Below the pieces are notes generated by a model, which saw only the letters and a list, made by a program, of their open reading frames with translations, searched no databases and had not been told where the DNA came from. 64,000 nt of DNA, taken from an uncultured Gammaproteobacteria bacterium. Lineage in GTDB: Bacteria; Pseudomonadota; Gammaproteobacteria; SZUA-229. Location: contig CALODJ010000003.1 in the NCBI GenBank assembly GCA_942492025.1, positions 79,648 to 143,647 of the forward strand, read 5' to 3'. Positions 11,971 through 23,411 of the stretch are shown here, one piece after another (within the stretch, counting starts at the first letter, position 1; every line of letters starts with the position of its first letter). A program made the translations under genes and the position numbers.

Positions 11971-13656
11971 TTACCCTTCGTTCTCGATCCGCCGGGTTAT
12001 TACATACTGTTGAGCAATCGAAAGAAGATTGTTCACCACCCAGTAAAGCACCAGCCCTGCTGGGAAGAAGGCAAACATCGCAGTAAATACAAACGGCATG
12101 TACTGGAATATTTTCTGCTGTACAGGATCAACAGGTGCAGGATTAAGCTTCTGCTGCACCCACATTGAAACACCCATGATAATCGGCAGAATGAAATAGG
12201 GGTCCCTTGCTGAAAGATTGTCAATCCACAGGATGAATGGCGCATGGCGCATCTCAACGCTTTCCAGCAATACCCAGTAAAGCGCTATGAAAACCGGCAT
12301 CTGTACCAGGATCGGCAAACATCCACCCATGGGATTAATCTTCTCGCGCTTGTACATGTCCATCATGGCCTTGCTCATGGCCTGACGATCATCTCCATAA
12401 CGCTCTTTCATTTGCTTGATACGGGGCGCAACCTTGCGCATCTTGGCCATCGAGCGGTAACTCATTTCAGATAATTTATAAAATACAGCTTTTACCGTGA
12501 TGGTGAGAAAGATAATGGCCCAGCCCCAATTGCCAAACCAGCCATGAAAGATATCAAGTAACCAGAACAATGGCTTGGCGATAATCGTGAGCACGCCGTA
12601 ATCCACTGTCAATTCAAGGCCCGGTGTTATTTGTTCGAGTTGATTCTGCAGTTTGGGGCCAATGACGAGTCTGGTATTGAAACTGGCTTGTTCTCCACCA
12701 GCGATTTTTTGTGCCGGTGAACGTGTGCCCAGGATATATTTTGAGGTGCCATTTGGATTTCTGGTATAGAAAAGATTGTTGATACCGGCTTCAGGTATCC
12801 ATGCCGCCAGAAAATAATGCTGAATCATTGCGAGCCAGCCACCCGTTAATTCACAGCCTTTTTGCCTGCTATTGATATTGAGGCACCCTTCACCGATCGA
12901 TGCCCGCAGATTTTGCTCGGCTATGTCATCAAAATCAATTTTTTCGTATTTAATTTCATCATTAAAAACGACACCACCGGTGTAAGTATGTATGAATGCG
13001 CTCTTGTTATCTTCAGAAGGTGGTACACGCACGAGTTGCATATACTGACTTCCATTCCAGTCCAGATCCCCGGCTTCAACAATGTGCTCAAGATCTATTA
13101 CATAATCATCTCGGCGAAAGGTGTAGACCTTGGTGACCTTAACACCACCTTCACCAGTCCAAGTTAGAGGGACTTTTATCTCGTTGATACCCTCTGAAAG
13201 TTGATAGTTGTCTTGCTCAGCTGTGTAAATTGCATTATGCGTCGGTGCGCTACCGGTCTTAACGGAAACCAGCCCTGATTGTGCGATAAAAAAGTTGAAA
13301 TCAGTATCTGTTAACAAAACCAGTTTCTGTTCCGGATTCTCCGCAGTTGTCGAATACTCATTCAAGACGACCTTTCTGACATCCCCGCCTTTGGTGTCTA
13401 TCTCGACTTCCAGAACATTGGTAGTGATACTAATCCGCTGACTGCCCGCCTGTTCCTCTTTGCTGCTTTCGACTATGGCCGTCGTATCTGGAGCGACGGC
13501 CGCTTCGGGTACTTCCGTTTCTTCCTGTTGTGTCGGTGCTGCTGCTTCGCTAACAACGCGTTCCGGTTTTGGCCCGTAATCCAGCTGCCATTCCGCCCAC
13601 AGCAAATAAGCAATGAAAAACAGGGTGAAGTACAGCAACAGACGCTGGTTTTCCAT
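11971..13656 (-). CDS. yidC: Membrane protein insertase YidC
   Basis: GWLAMIQHYF, LTVDYG, GNWGWAII, PMGGCLPILVQMP, GLVLYW. Confidence 0.97.
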   Translation of the reverse strand: MENQRLLLYFTLFFIAYLLWAEWQLDYGPKPERVVSEAAAPTQQEETEVPEAAVAPDTTAIVESSKEEQAGSQRISITTNVLEVEIDTKGGDVRKVVLNEYSTTAENPEQKLVLLTDTDFNFFIAQSGLVSVKTGSAPTHNAIYTAEQDNYQLSEGINEIKVPLTWTGEGGVKVTKVYTFRRDDYVIDLEHIVEAGDLDWNGSQYMQLVRVPPSEDNKSAFIHTYTGGVVFNDEIKYEKIDFDDIAEQNLRASIGEGCLNINSRQKGCELTGGWLAMIQHYFLAAWIPEAGINNLFYTRNPNGTSKYILGTRSPAQKIAGGEQASFNTRLVIGPKLQNQLEQITPGLELTVDYGVLTIIAKPLFWLLDIFHGWFGNWGWAIIFLTITVKAVFYKLSEMSYRSMAKMRKVAPRIKQMKERYGDDRQAMSKAMMDMYKREKINPMGGCLPILVQMPVFIALYWVLLESVEMRHAPFILWIDNLSARDPYFILPIIMGVSMWVQQKLNPAPVDPVQQKIFQYMPFVFTAMFAFFPAGLVLYWVVNNLLSIAQQYVITRRIENEG

Positions 13657-13901
13657 TAGTGATCCCTTCTTGTTGCGGTCAGGTCGCCATTTTTGGGTAC
13701 CGGGTCATAACCAGCTTCGTGCCAGGGGTGGCAGCGACTGACGCGACGCAGTGCCATCCAGCTACCGCGGAAAACACCAAAACGCTCAATGGCTTCGATG
13801 GCGTATATGGAGCATGTGGGGGTGTAACGACAACTTGGTGCCAGATAAGGACTGATCGCATAACGATACAGTTTGATCAACGCTATCAGGATTTGGCGCA
13901 T
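13656..13901 (-). CDS. yidD: Membrane protein insertion efficiency factor
   Basis: [11 protein letters not shown] and [14 protein letters not shown]; between rnpA and yidC. Confidence 0.93.
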   Translation of the reverse strand: MRQILIALIKLYRYAISPYLAPSCRYTPTCSIYAIEAIERFGVFRGSWMALRRVSRCHPWHEAGYDPVPKNGDLTATRRDH

Positions 13902-14245
13902 AATTTGTTCAGTTTCTGCCAGTGTTTTTCCAGTGATCGTAACAGCCGGCTATTACTGGTGCTTGAGCATTGCTGCCCGGCCATTACGATGAAATCTGCA
14001 CAGATTAATCCATGCTGCTTTTGCCGAAAACTTTCCCGAATGATTCGTTTTAAACGGTTGCGCGTTACAGCAAGTGTCGCCCTTTTTTTTGAGATTGCCA
14101 GGCCCAGACGTGGATACGTCTTGTCATTGGGCCTGGCCAGTACTGTGAAGTATTGATCGGTTGAGCGCACGGCCTTATCAAAAACCCGGTGAAACTCGGC
14201 GGCCTTTAATAACCTGGCACGCTTTTGCAAGCGCGCCCTGCGCAT
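13886..14245 (-). CDS. rnpA: RNase P protein subunit
   Basis: [25 protein letters not shown]. Confidence 0.95.
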   Translation of the reverse strand: MRRARLQKRARLLKAAEFHRVFDKAVRSTDQYFTVLARPNDKTYPRLGLAISKKRATLAVTRNRLKRIIRESFRQKQHGLICADFIVMAGQQCSSTSNSRLLRSLEKHWQKLNKLCAKS

Positions 14246-14260
14246 AGTTCGACCGCCTCG

Positions 14261-14395
14261 TTACAGCGCCAGACGATGCCGGCCTTTGGCTCGACGCGCT
14301 TTCAATACCTTGCGCCCACCCAGCGTACGACTACGTGCGCGAAAACCGTGTGTTCTAGCGCGTTTGATCCGGCTAGGTTGAAATGTTCTTTTCAT
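14261..14395 (-). CDS. rpmH: 50S ribosomal protein L34
   Basis: Below ORF-track cutoff; translates [44 protein letters not shown]. Confidence 0.97.
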   Translation of the reverse strand: MKRTFQPSRIKRARTHGFRARSRTLGGRKVLKARRAKGRHRLAL

Positions 14396-14510
14396 TGCCT
14401 TGAACCTGTACCTGTGTATTCAGCGAACCGCGGATTTTACTGATGCGGATGGCTCGAGTCAAAGCAGAAGTTGCTGTTTTTTCTCTGTTTTGCATAATTA
14501 CGTAAATCAT

Positions 14511-14519
14511 TGTGGATAA
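14511..14519 (-). promoter_or_regulatory. DnaA box in the rpmH-dnaA promoter region
   Basis: TGTGGATAA (= TTATCCACA on - strand), about 80 nt upstream of dnaA; consistent with autoregulation. Confidence 0.75.
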
Positions 14520-14598
14520 CCCCTAATAACGGGTATACAATGCGTCGTCTTCCTGTAGGTTAAACCTCACCATCATTCGATCGGAGGGCTGGGTTCGA

Positions 14599-15987
14599 GT
14601 GAATAATATGCTTTGGACGAATTGTTTACAACGGCTTGAAAAAGAGCTGTCAGATCAACAACTAAATACATGGATTCGTCCTCTGCAGGTACGTGAAGAC
14701 AATCATCAGTTGACTTTACTGGCACCAAACCGCTTCGTTCTCGACTGGGTTAAATCAAACTTCAGAGACAAAATCGAGAACATTCTGCTCGAAGTCTCCC
14801 ATGACGATGATTTCAATTTGCAGCTGGAAATAGGAACACAGGCGAGCCCTGTCAATCCAGCAACCGTAACCCGTTCAGCAAAACCACAAGCCGTGACGCC
14901 AAAAAGATCTGAGCCTGTCACTGACTTTGGTGTACCGTCAAAAGCGCCAAAACCGAAGCCGGTCGTTGACCATAACCTAAATCCTGCATTTACCTTCCAG
15001 AACTTCGTAGAAGGTAAATCGAACCAGCTGGCCAAAGCGGCTTCTCAGCAAGTCGCGGAAAACCCAGGTCAAGCCTATAACCCGCTGTTTCTATACGGTG
15101 GGGTAGGACTGGGTAAAACCCACTTGATGCACGCGGTCGGTAATATGATGCTCAATTATCGACCCGAAGCAAAAATTGTCTATCTTCATTCCGAACGGTT
15201 TGTTGGTCATATGATCAAGGCCCTGCAGCACAATGCCATCGATGCGTTCAAACAATACTACCGCTCACTCGATTGCATGCTGATTGACGACATCCAGTTT
15301 TTTGCTGGCAAAGAGCGTTCTCAGGAGGAGTTTTTTCACACCTTCAATGCCCTGTTGGAAGGCGGACGCCAGATAATCCTGACCTGCGACCGTTATCCTA
15401 AAGAAGTAGATGGCCTGGAGGAAAGGTTACGCTCACGTTTTGGCTGGGGGTTACCGGTCTGCATTGAGCCACCCGAACTCGAAACCCGGGTCGCTATTCT
15501 GCAGAAAAAAGCCGAGGAATCCGGTATCCATTTCCCGAATGAAGTGGCATTTTTCATCGCCAAACGCATTCGTTCAAATATTCGTGAGCTCGAAGGCGCA
15601 TTCCGCCGGGTCATGGCCACAGCTAATTTCACCGGCAAGCCGGTTACCATGGACTTTGCCAAGGAGACGCTGCGTGATCTGATCGCATTGCAAGATCGGA
15701 CAGTCACCATCGACAATATTCAGAAGACTGTCGCAGAATATTACAAGATCCGCGTTTCAGACCTGTTATCCAATCGGCGCAGCCGCTCTATTACCCGGCC
15801 CAGACAACTGGCTATGGCCTTATCCAAGGAACTGACGAACCACAGTTTGCCAGAGATTGGCGAAGCTTTTGGTGGCAGAGACCACACGACGGTCTTGCAT
15901 GGCTGTCGAAAAATTGCTGAATTACGTGAATCTGATGTAAAAATTAACGAAGATTATATGAATATGATGCGTATTCTGAGTAATTAG
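14599..15987 (+). CDS. dnaA: Chromosomal replication initiator DnaA
   Basis: [44 protein letters not shown]. Confidence 0.98.
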   Translation: MNNMLWTNCLQRLEKELSDQQLNTWIRPLQVREDNHQLTLLAPNRFVLDWVKSNFRDKIENILLEVSHDDDFNLQLEIGTQASPVNPATVTRSAKPQAVTPKRSEPVTDFGVPSKAPKPKPVVDHNLNPAFTFQNFVEGKSNQLAKAASQQVAENPGQAYNPLFLYGGVGLGKTHLMHAVGNMMLNYRPEAKIVYLHSERFVGHMIKALQHNAIDAFKQYYRSLDCMLIDDIQFFAGKERSQEEFFHTFNALLEGGRQIILTCDRYPKEVDGLEERLRSRFGWGLPVCIEPPELETRVAILQKKAEESGIHFPNEVAFFIAKRIRSNIRELEGAFRRVMATANFTGKPVTMDFAKETLRDLIALQDRTVTIDNIQKTVAEYYKIRVSDLLSNRRSRSITRPRQLAMALSKELTNHSLPEIGEAFGGRDHTTVLHGCRKIAELRESDVKINEDYMNMMRILSN

Positions 15988-16231
15988 AGCAGGATAACAA
16001 CCTCTCTATTACCTGTGTGTCAAATGTGGATAAAATGTAGATGATAATCACTTATAAACTTATCCACAGACCATCTACAGTATTGCCGTATTCAATTCCC
16101 AGCGAGTTGTTTAATATTAACAGCATAAGTGATTGATATACAATAAGATTTTCGACTTATCCACAAAAGTCACCGTAACTTATAATAAATACTAGAAGAT
16201 ATATATAAAATAATACTAATAGGTATCTCGC
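15988..16231. other. Putative oriC (dnaA-dnaN interval)
   Basis: Perfect DnaA boxes at 16025-16033 (-), 16060-16068 and 16157-16165; exact IHF consensus TATCAATCACTTA on - strand at 16126-16138; AT-rich tract about 16177-16222. Confidence 0.8.
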
Positions 16232-17332
16232 ATGAAATTTCAGATCCAGAGGGACGATCTGTTAATCCCGCTACAAAAAATCATTGGCGCTGTTGAAAAG
16301 CGGCAAACAATGCCAGCGCTTTCCAATATCCTGGTGAAAGCAGAAAACAACACCATTTCCCTCACTGCTACCGATTTGGAAATCGAGCTGGTTACCACAT
16401 TAGGCATGGTCGCCGATGAACCCGGTGAAACGACTTTGCCCGCCCGCAAGCTACTCGATATCTGCAGGGCTTTACCTGATGAATCGAATATAAGTGTATC
16501 GGTAGATTCTGATAAAGCGATGGTCAAATCCGGGCGAAGCCGTTTTTCATTATCGACATTATCTGCAGCTGACTTTCCAACACTGGACAGGATCAACACG
16601 GTTGCAGAATTCGCCTTGCCCCAAAAAATTCTGAAAGAATTGATCGAGAAAACCGCCTTCGCAATGGCACTACAGGATGTACGTTATTACCTCAATGGCC
16701 TGTTACTCGAAGTCAGCAGTGGCTTAATTCGCGCTATCGCAACGGATGGCCATCGATTATCTTATTGTGAAAAACAAGCGGATTGTGATCTACCAGAAGT
16801 AAAGCAGGTCATTGTACCCAGAAAAGGCATCCAGGAACTGGTCAGGTTGCTTGATGACAGCGAAGAACCTTTGAGGATGTCACTGGGAAGCAACCATATC
16901 AGAATAGAAATGGGGGGTGTCCGTTTTACTTCTAAATTAATCGACGGCCGCTTTCCTGATTACAATCGGGTCATTCCGGATGACGGTGATAACCTGATTG
17001 TTGCTGAAAGAGATAAACTCCGCCTGGCGCTGGTCAGAGCATCCATTCTTTCAAACGAAAAATACCGCGGTGTTAGACTCGTTGCCAGGGACAATGTATT
17101 GCTGCTACAAGCGCAGAATCCTGATCAGGAAGAGGCTGATGTTGAGGTCGAAGTTAACTATACCGGAGATGCACTCGAAATTGGTTTCAATGTGAATTAC
17201 CTGCTGGATGTACTCACCGTGACTGATTCCGCTACGGTGCAAGCTGCGTTAAGGGACTCGAACAGCAGCTGCCTGCTGACCTACCCGGACCTCCCTGATT
17301 GCAAGTACGTAATCATGCCCATGCGTCTATAA
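16232..17332 (+). CDS. dnaN: DNA polymerase III beta clamp
   Basis: LTATDLEIEL, QDVRYYLNG, ATDGHRL, SKLIDGRFPDY, YVIMPMRL. Confidence 0.97.
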   Translation: MKFQIQRDDLLIPLQKIIGAVEKRQTMPALSNILVKAENNTISLTATDLEIELVTTLGMVADEPGETTLPARKLLDICRALPDESNISVSVDSDKAMVKSGRSRFSLSTLSAADFPTLDRINTVAEFALPQKILKELIEKTAFAMALQDVRYYLNGLLLEVSSGLIRAIATDGHRLSYCEKQADCDLPEVKQVIVPRKGIQELVRLLDDSEEPLRMSLGSNHIRIEMGGVRFTSKLIDGRFPDYNRVIPDDGDNLIVAERDKLRLALVRASILSNEKYRGVRLVARDNVLLLQAQNPDQEEADVEVEVNYTGDALEIGFNVNYLLDVLTVTDSATVQAALRDSNSSCLLTYPDLPDCKYVIMPMRL

Positions 17333-17509
17333 CCTGTGTATTACACAGGTGATTCCGGATGAAGAATACACCGTTTTCGCCAGCTGCCCGCTTATAGCAT
17401 GACAATAGCGGACACACATTACATTGTTCAGACCACCCATAAAGACTCACAATGCTGCTGGCGTAGGGCAGCCATGAATGGCATGCCGCAATATTCAGTC
17501 GTGTGATGC

Positions 17510-17744
17510 TAACCCGCATTTCTCACCAGGCGGCGTTGAATACTGATAAGGCACTAATCCATTTAAGAGTATCCAGATGATCAGAAATACAGTGTGTTAT
17601 TCAAACAGGCCTATCACGGTTCAGGCTGGTCTTCGTGTCCGTAAGCTTGCTCTTCACTCAAACCGTAGCTATTGCTACGCTTTTCGCTCCAGAGCGGCTC
17701 CGTCCTGCGCCTGCGCCCGTGATCCTGGTGAGAAATGCGGGCTA
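17510..17744. mobile_element. MITE-like element with 21-bp terminal inverted repeats
   Basis: TAACCCGCATTTCTCACCAGG (17510-17530) and CCTGGTGAGAAATGCGGGCTA (17724-17744), 1 mismatch; 17673-17744 recurs at 55756-55838. Confidence 0.65.
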
Positions 17745-17792
17745 ATCTGATGCACAAGAATATTTATCTTTTTTCCAAGTCATGCGAGCGTA

Positions 17793-18863
17793 ATGCAATT
17801 AGCACACGTCAGGATTCTTGATTTTCGGAATCTTCTCGATGTTGACTTTACGCCCTGTGCGGGTGTGAATCTTATTTCAGGACTCAATGCATCGGGAAAA
17901 ACCAGTCTACTGGAATCAATATACTATCTCAGCCATCTGCGCTCTTTCAGGACACCCAACCTCAGTGATTTGATCAATCACAAAGCCAAGCGCTTGAGTC
18001 TGGTAGCAAATGCGATCAATAAAGAAGGTAAACAGATACCCATCGGGATTTATCGAAGCAAAACCCAGCTTGAGGTACGTGCCAACCATAGAAGCATCCA
18101 GCGAATCGCAGATATAACAGCGATTTTTCCTGTCATGGCTGTGCACCCTGATAGTTATCGCTTGATTACCGGCAGTCCGACTGAAAGAAGAGCGTACATT
18201 GACTGGGGTGTGTTCCACGTGGAACACGGTTTCTTCGATGCCTGGCAACGTTACAAACGCGCTTTAACGCAGAGAAATGCAGCTCTAAGATCAGGTCAGA
18301 AGCTATCGTATTGCAGGCTCTGGGATAGGGAACTTGATCAATCAGCGAAATACATCGATAAACTTCGTAGTGCGTATCTCGACGATTTGAATCCGTTCAT
18401 TGTGCGACTCATTCGACTGTTCTTTCCGCACCAGGCTGTCAGGGTGGAATACAAACGAGGCTGGAAGTCCGGTCAAAACTTGATACATGTGCTTGATGAA
18501 ACGCTGGAACGAGACCGCATCAGAGGTTTTACCCAGCACGGACCGCATCGCGCCGACCTGTTGATACAGATAGATGGTAAATCTGCGCAGACAGGTATAT
18601 CCCGTGGTCAGCAAAAGGTTCTCGTTGCACTGTTGAAACTGGCGCAGATTGAGCAGTATACCCGCTCCGCAGCCGGGCATTGCGTTCTGCTGTACGATGA
18701 TCTTGCAGCGGAACTGGATGAAAGTCATCGAAATGGAATACTCGGCATTTTGCAGAAAATGCCAATCCAGTTGTTTCTTACAGCGATTGAGCCGGAACAA
18801 ATTGATCTGGATAGCTGGTCAGATGTTCGCATGTTCCACGTGGAACATGGGCAGTTAAAATAA
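17793..18863 (+). CDS. recF: DNA replication/repair protein RecF
   Basis: GLNASGKTSLLE, GSPTERRAYIDW, GPHRADL, SRGQQK, LLYDDLAAELD. Confidence 0.96.
   Translation: MQLAHVRILDFRNLLDVDFTPCAGVNLISGLNASGKTSLLESIYYLSHLRSFRTPNLSDLINHKAKRLSLVANAINKEGKQIPIGIYRSKTQLEVRANHRSIQRIADITAIFPVMAVHPDSYRLITGSPTERRAYIDWGVFHVEHGFFDAWQRYKRALTQRNAALRSGQKLSYCRLWDRELDQSAKYIDKLRSAYLDDLNPFIVRLIRLFFPHQAVRVEYKRGWKSGQNLIHVLDETLERDRIRGFTQHGPHRADLLIQIDGKSAQTGISRGQQKVLVALLKLAQIEQYTRSAAGHCVLLYDDLAAELDESHRNGILGILQKMPIQLFLTAIEPEQIDLDSWSDVRMFHVEHGQLK
18211..18226. promoter_or_regulatory. parS site 1 (inside recF)
   Basis: Perfect palindrome TGTTCCACGTGGAACA matching the chromosomal parS consensus. Confidence 0.88.
18832..18847. 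promoter_or_regulatory. parS site 2 (3' end of recF)
   Basis: TGTTCCACGTGGAACA within 20-bp palindrome CATGTTCCACGTGGAACATG (18830-18849). Confidence 0.88.
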
Positions 18864-18939
18864 GCCACAATGCAGCTTTTGCCGAATCTGGACGATATCT
18901 GCCAATGCCCTGATATAGTGCGTATTTATTTGAAAAGCC

Positions 18940-21392
<2,453 letters not shown>

Positions 21393-21547
21393 TCGATGCG
21401 GCGCTTTTGCAGCAGGGATACTTTCTACCGCGCAGACTCCTAGGTCTGCATATGACTGAATCCTGTCGTTAGATGAAGGCGTTGTAACTGATTACTTCCG
21501 CCATCACGTAAGCATAAAACGGTAATGATAGTGCTCGACCTGTAATC

Positions 21548-21630
21548 TTATACACAGGTTATCAACACATTTGTCCACAATATATCCACATCAGCTTTAT
21601 TTTTCGATGTTATCCACAGTTTGTGGATGA
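21548..21630. promoter_or_regulatory. DnaA-box cluster downstream of gyrB
   Basis: TTATACACA 21548, TTATCAACA 21559, TTGTCCACA 21571, ATATCCACA 21582, TTATCCACA 21610, TGTGGATGA 21622 (reverse). Confidence 0.75.
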
Positions 21631-21941
21631 ATTGTTAATGAAACACGGTTTATTCATTACCGGATTGATCCATCGGGTAAACACTACGCACATTTCCGCC
21701 TATGGTATGCCGCGGGCATAAAAAGCTGGATATTCGTCAATATAACGGGCAGTTAGCGTAAGATAAACGGGTTGATCTGCAATTGCAGGTTGTCCTGTTT
21801 GGTTGTATGAACGGTATTTTTTCAGCACAAACATAACGCGTTAATTCCAAAGGGCTTGTGCGATAAATCTTTCCAAAAGATTTATTAACACCTTGCCCCT
21901 GAAATCCCAATCCTTGATGTCATAGCAGGGCTCGTTAATCA

Positions 21942-23411
21942 ATGAAACACAACGATTTAAGAGACTTCATCGACCAACTAGAACAACTAGGTGAACTGAA
22001 GCGTGTTCAACACGAAGTTGATCCCTACCTGGAAATAACAGAAATATGCGACCGCACCTTGAAAGCCGCGGGTCCCGCTCTGTTGTTTGAAAATGTCAAG
22101 AATCACTCAATCCCGGTGCTGGGAAATCTGTTTGGTACTCCCAGACGCGTCGCCATGGCGATGGGCGAAGATGATGTCACAGCGCTGCGTGAGGTCGGCA
22201 AGTTACTCGCTTTCCTGAAAGAGCCTGAGCCGCCTAAAGGTATGAAAGACGCCTGGGAGAAGATGGCGGTATTCAAACAGGTGTTGAATATGGCGCCAAA
22301 GCAAGTCAAAACGGCACCATGTCAGGATGTGATCATAGAAAAAGACAGCATCGATCTGTACTCACTACCGATTCAAACCTGCTGGCCGGGCGATGTTGCT
22401 CCGCTGATAACCTGGGGACTGGTGATCACCCGGGGTCCGGAAAAAGAACGGCAGAATCTCGGCATTTACCGGCAACAGCTCATTGCCCGCGATAAAGTGA
22501 TTATGCGCTGGCTGTCACATCGTGGGGGTGCACTGGATTACCTTGACTGGCAGCAATGTTATCCGGGCGAGCCTTTTCCTGTTGCGGTAGCCCTGGGGGC
22601 AGATCCGGCGACGACACTGGGTGCCGTCACACCGGTACCGGATACATTGTCAGAATACGGTTTTGCCGGCCTGCTCAGGGGAAAGAAAACCGAGGTTGTA
22701 AAAAGCCGCGTGGGTGATTTGAGCGTGCCCGCTAGTGCAGAAATTATTTTAGAAGGTTACATCTATCCCGGCGAGGAAGCAGAGGAAGGCCCTTTTGGCG
22801 ATCATACCGGTTATTACAACGAAATCGACAGATTCCCGGTATTTACCCTTGAACGTATCACCCATCGTGATAACCCGATCTATCACAGCACCTATACCGG
22901 CAGACCACCGGATGAGCCAGCGATCCTGGGTGTTGCATTGAACGAAGTGTTCATACCGATATTACAGAAACAGTTTCCGGAAATTATTGATTTCTATTTA
23001 CCACCGGAAGGATGCTCATACCGTGTGGCAGTTGTCAGTATGAAAAAACAATATCCCGGTCATGCCAAACGTATCATGATGGGGGTATGGTCGTTCCTGC
23101 GACAGTTCATGTATACAAAGTTTGTCATCATCGTCGACGACGATGTGAATACCCGTGACTGGAAAGATGTGATCTGGGCCATCAGTACCCGGGTTGACCC
23201 GATACGCGACTTCACCCTGGTCGACAATACGCCGATCGATTATCTCGACTTCGCTTCACCGGTTTCAGGTCTGGGTTCCAAGGTAGGTATCGATGCGACC
23301 AACAAATGGAAAGGAGAAACGGAGCGCGAATGGGGTAAACCTATAACAATGGACAAAGATGTTAAGCAGCATGTCGATGCAATCTGGGATGATCTTGGTA
23401 TTGATAATTAG
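21942..23411 (+). CDS. ubiD: 4-hydroxy-3-polyprenylbenzoate decarboxylase
   Basis: [47 protein letters not shown]. Confidence 0.95.
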   Translation: MKHNDLRDFIDQLEQLGELKRVQHEVDPYLEITEICDRTLKAAGPALLFENVKNHSIPVLGNLFGTPRRVAMAMGEDDVTALREVGKLLAFLKEPEPPKGMKDAWEKMAVFKQVLNMAPKQVKTAPCQDVIIEKDSIDLYSLPIQTCWPGDVAPLITWGLVITRGPEKERQNLGIYRQQLIARDKVIMRWLSHRGGALDYLDWQQCYPGEPFPVAVALGADPATTLGAVTPVPDTLSEYGFAGLLRGKKTEVVKSRVGDLSVPASAEIILEGYIYPGEEAEEGPFGDHTGYYNEIDRFPVFTLERITHRDNPIYHSTYTGRPPDEPAILGVALNEVFIPILQKQFPEIIDFYLPPEGCSYRVAVVSMKKQYPGHAKRIMMGVWSFLRQFMYTKFVIIVDDDVNTRDWKDVIWAISTRVDPIRDFTLVDNTPIDYLDFASPVSGLGSKVGIDATNKWKGETEREWGKPITMDKDVKQHVDAIWDDLGIDN

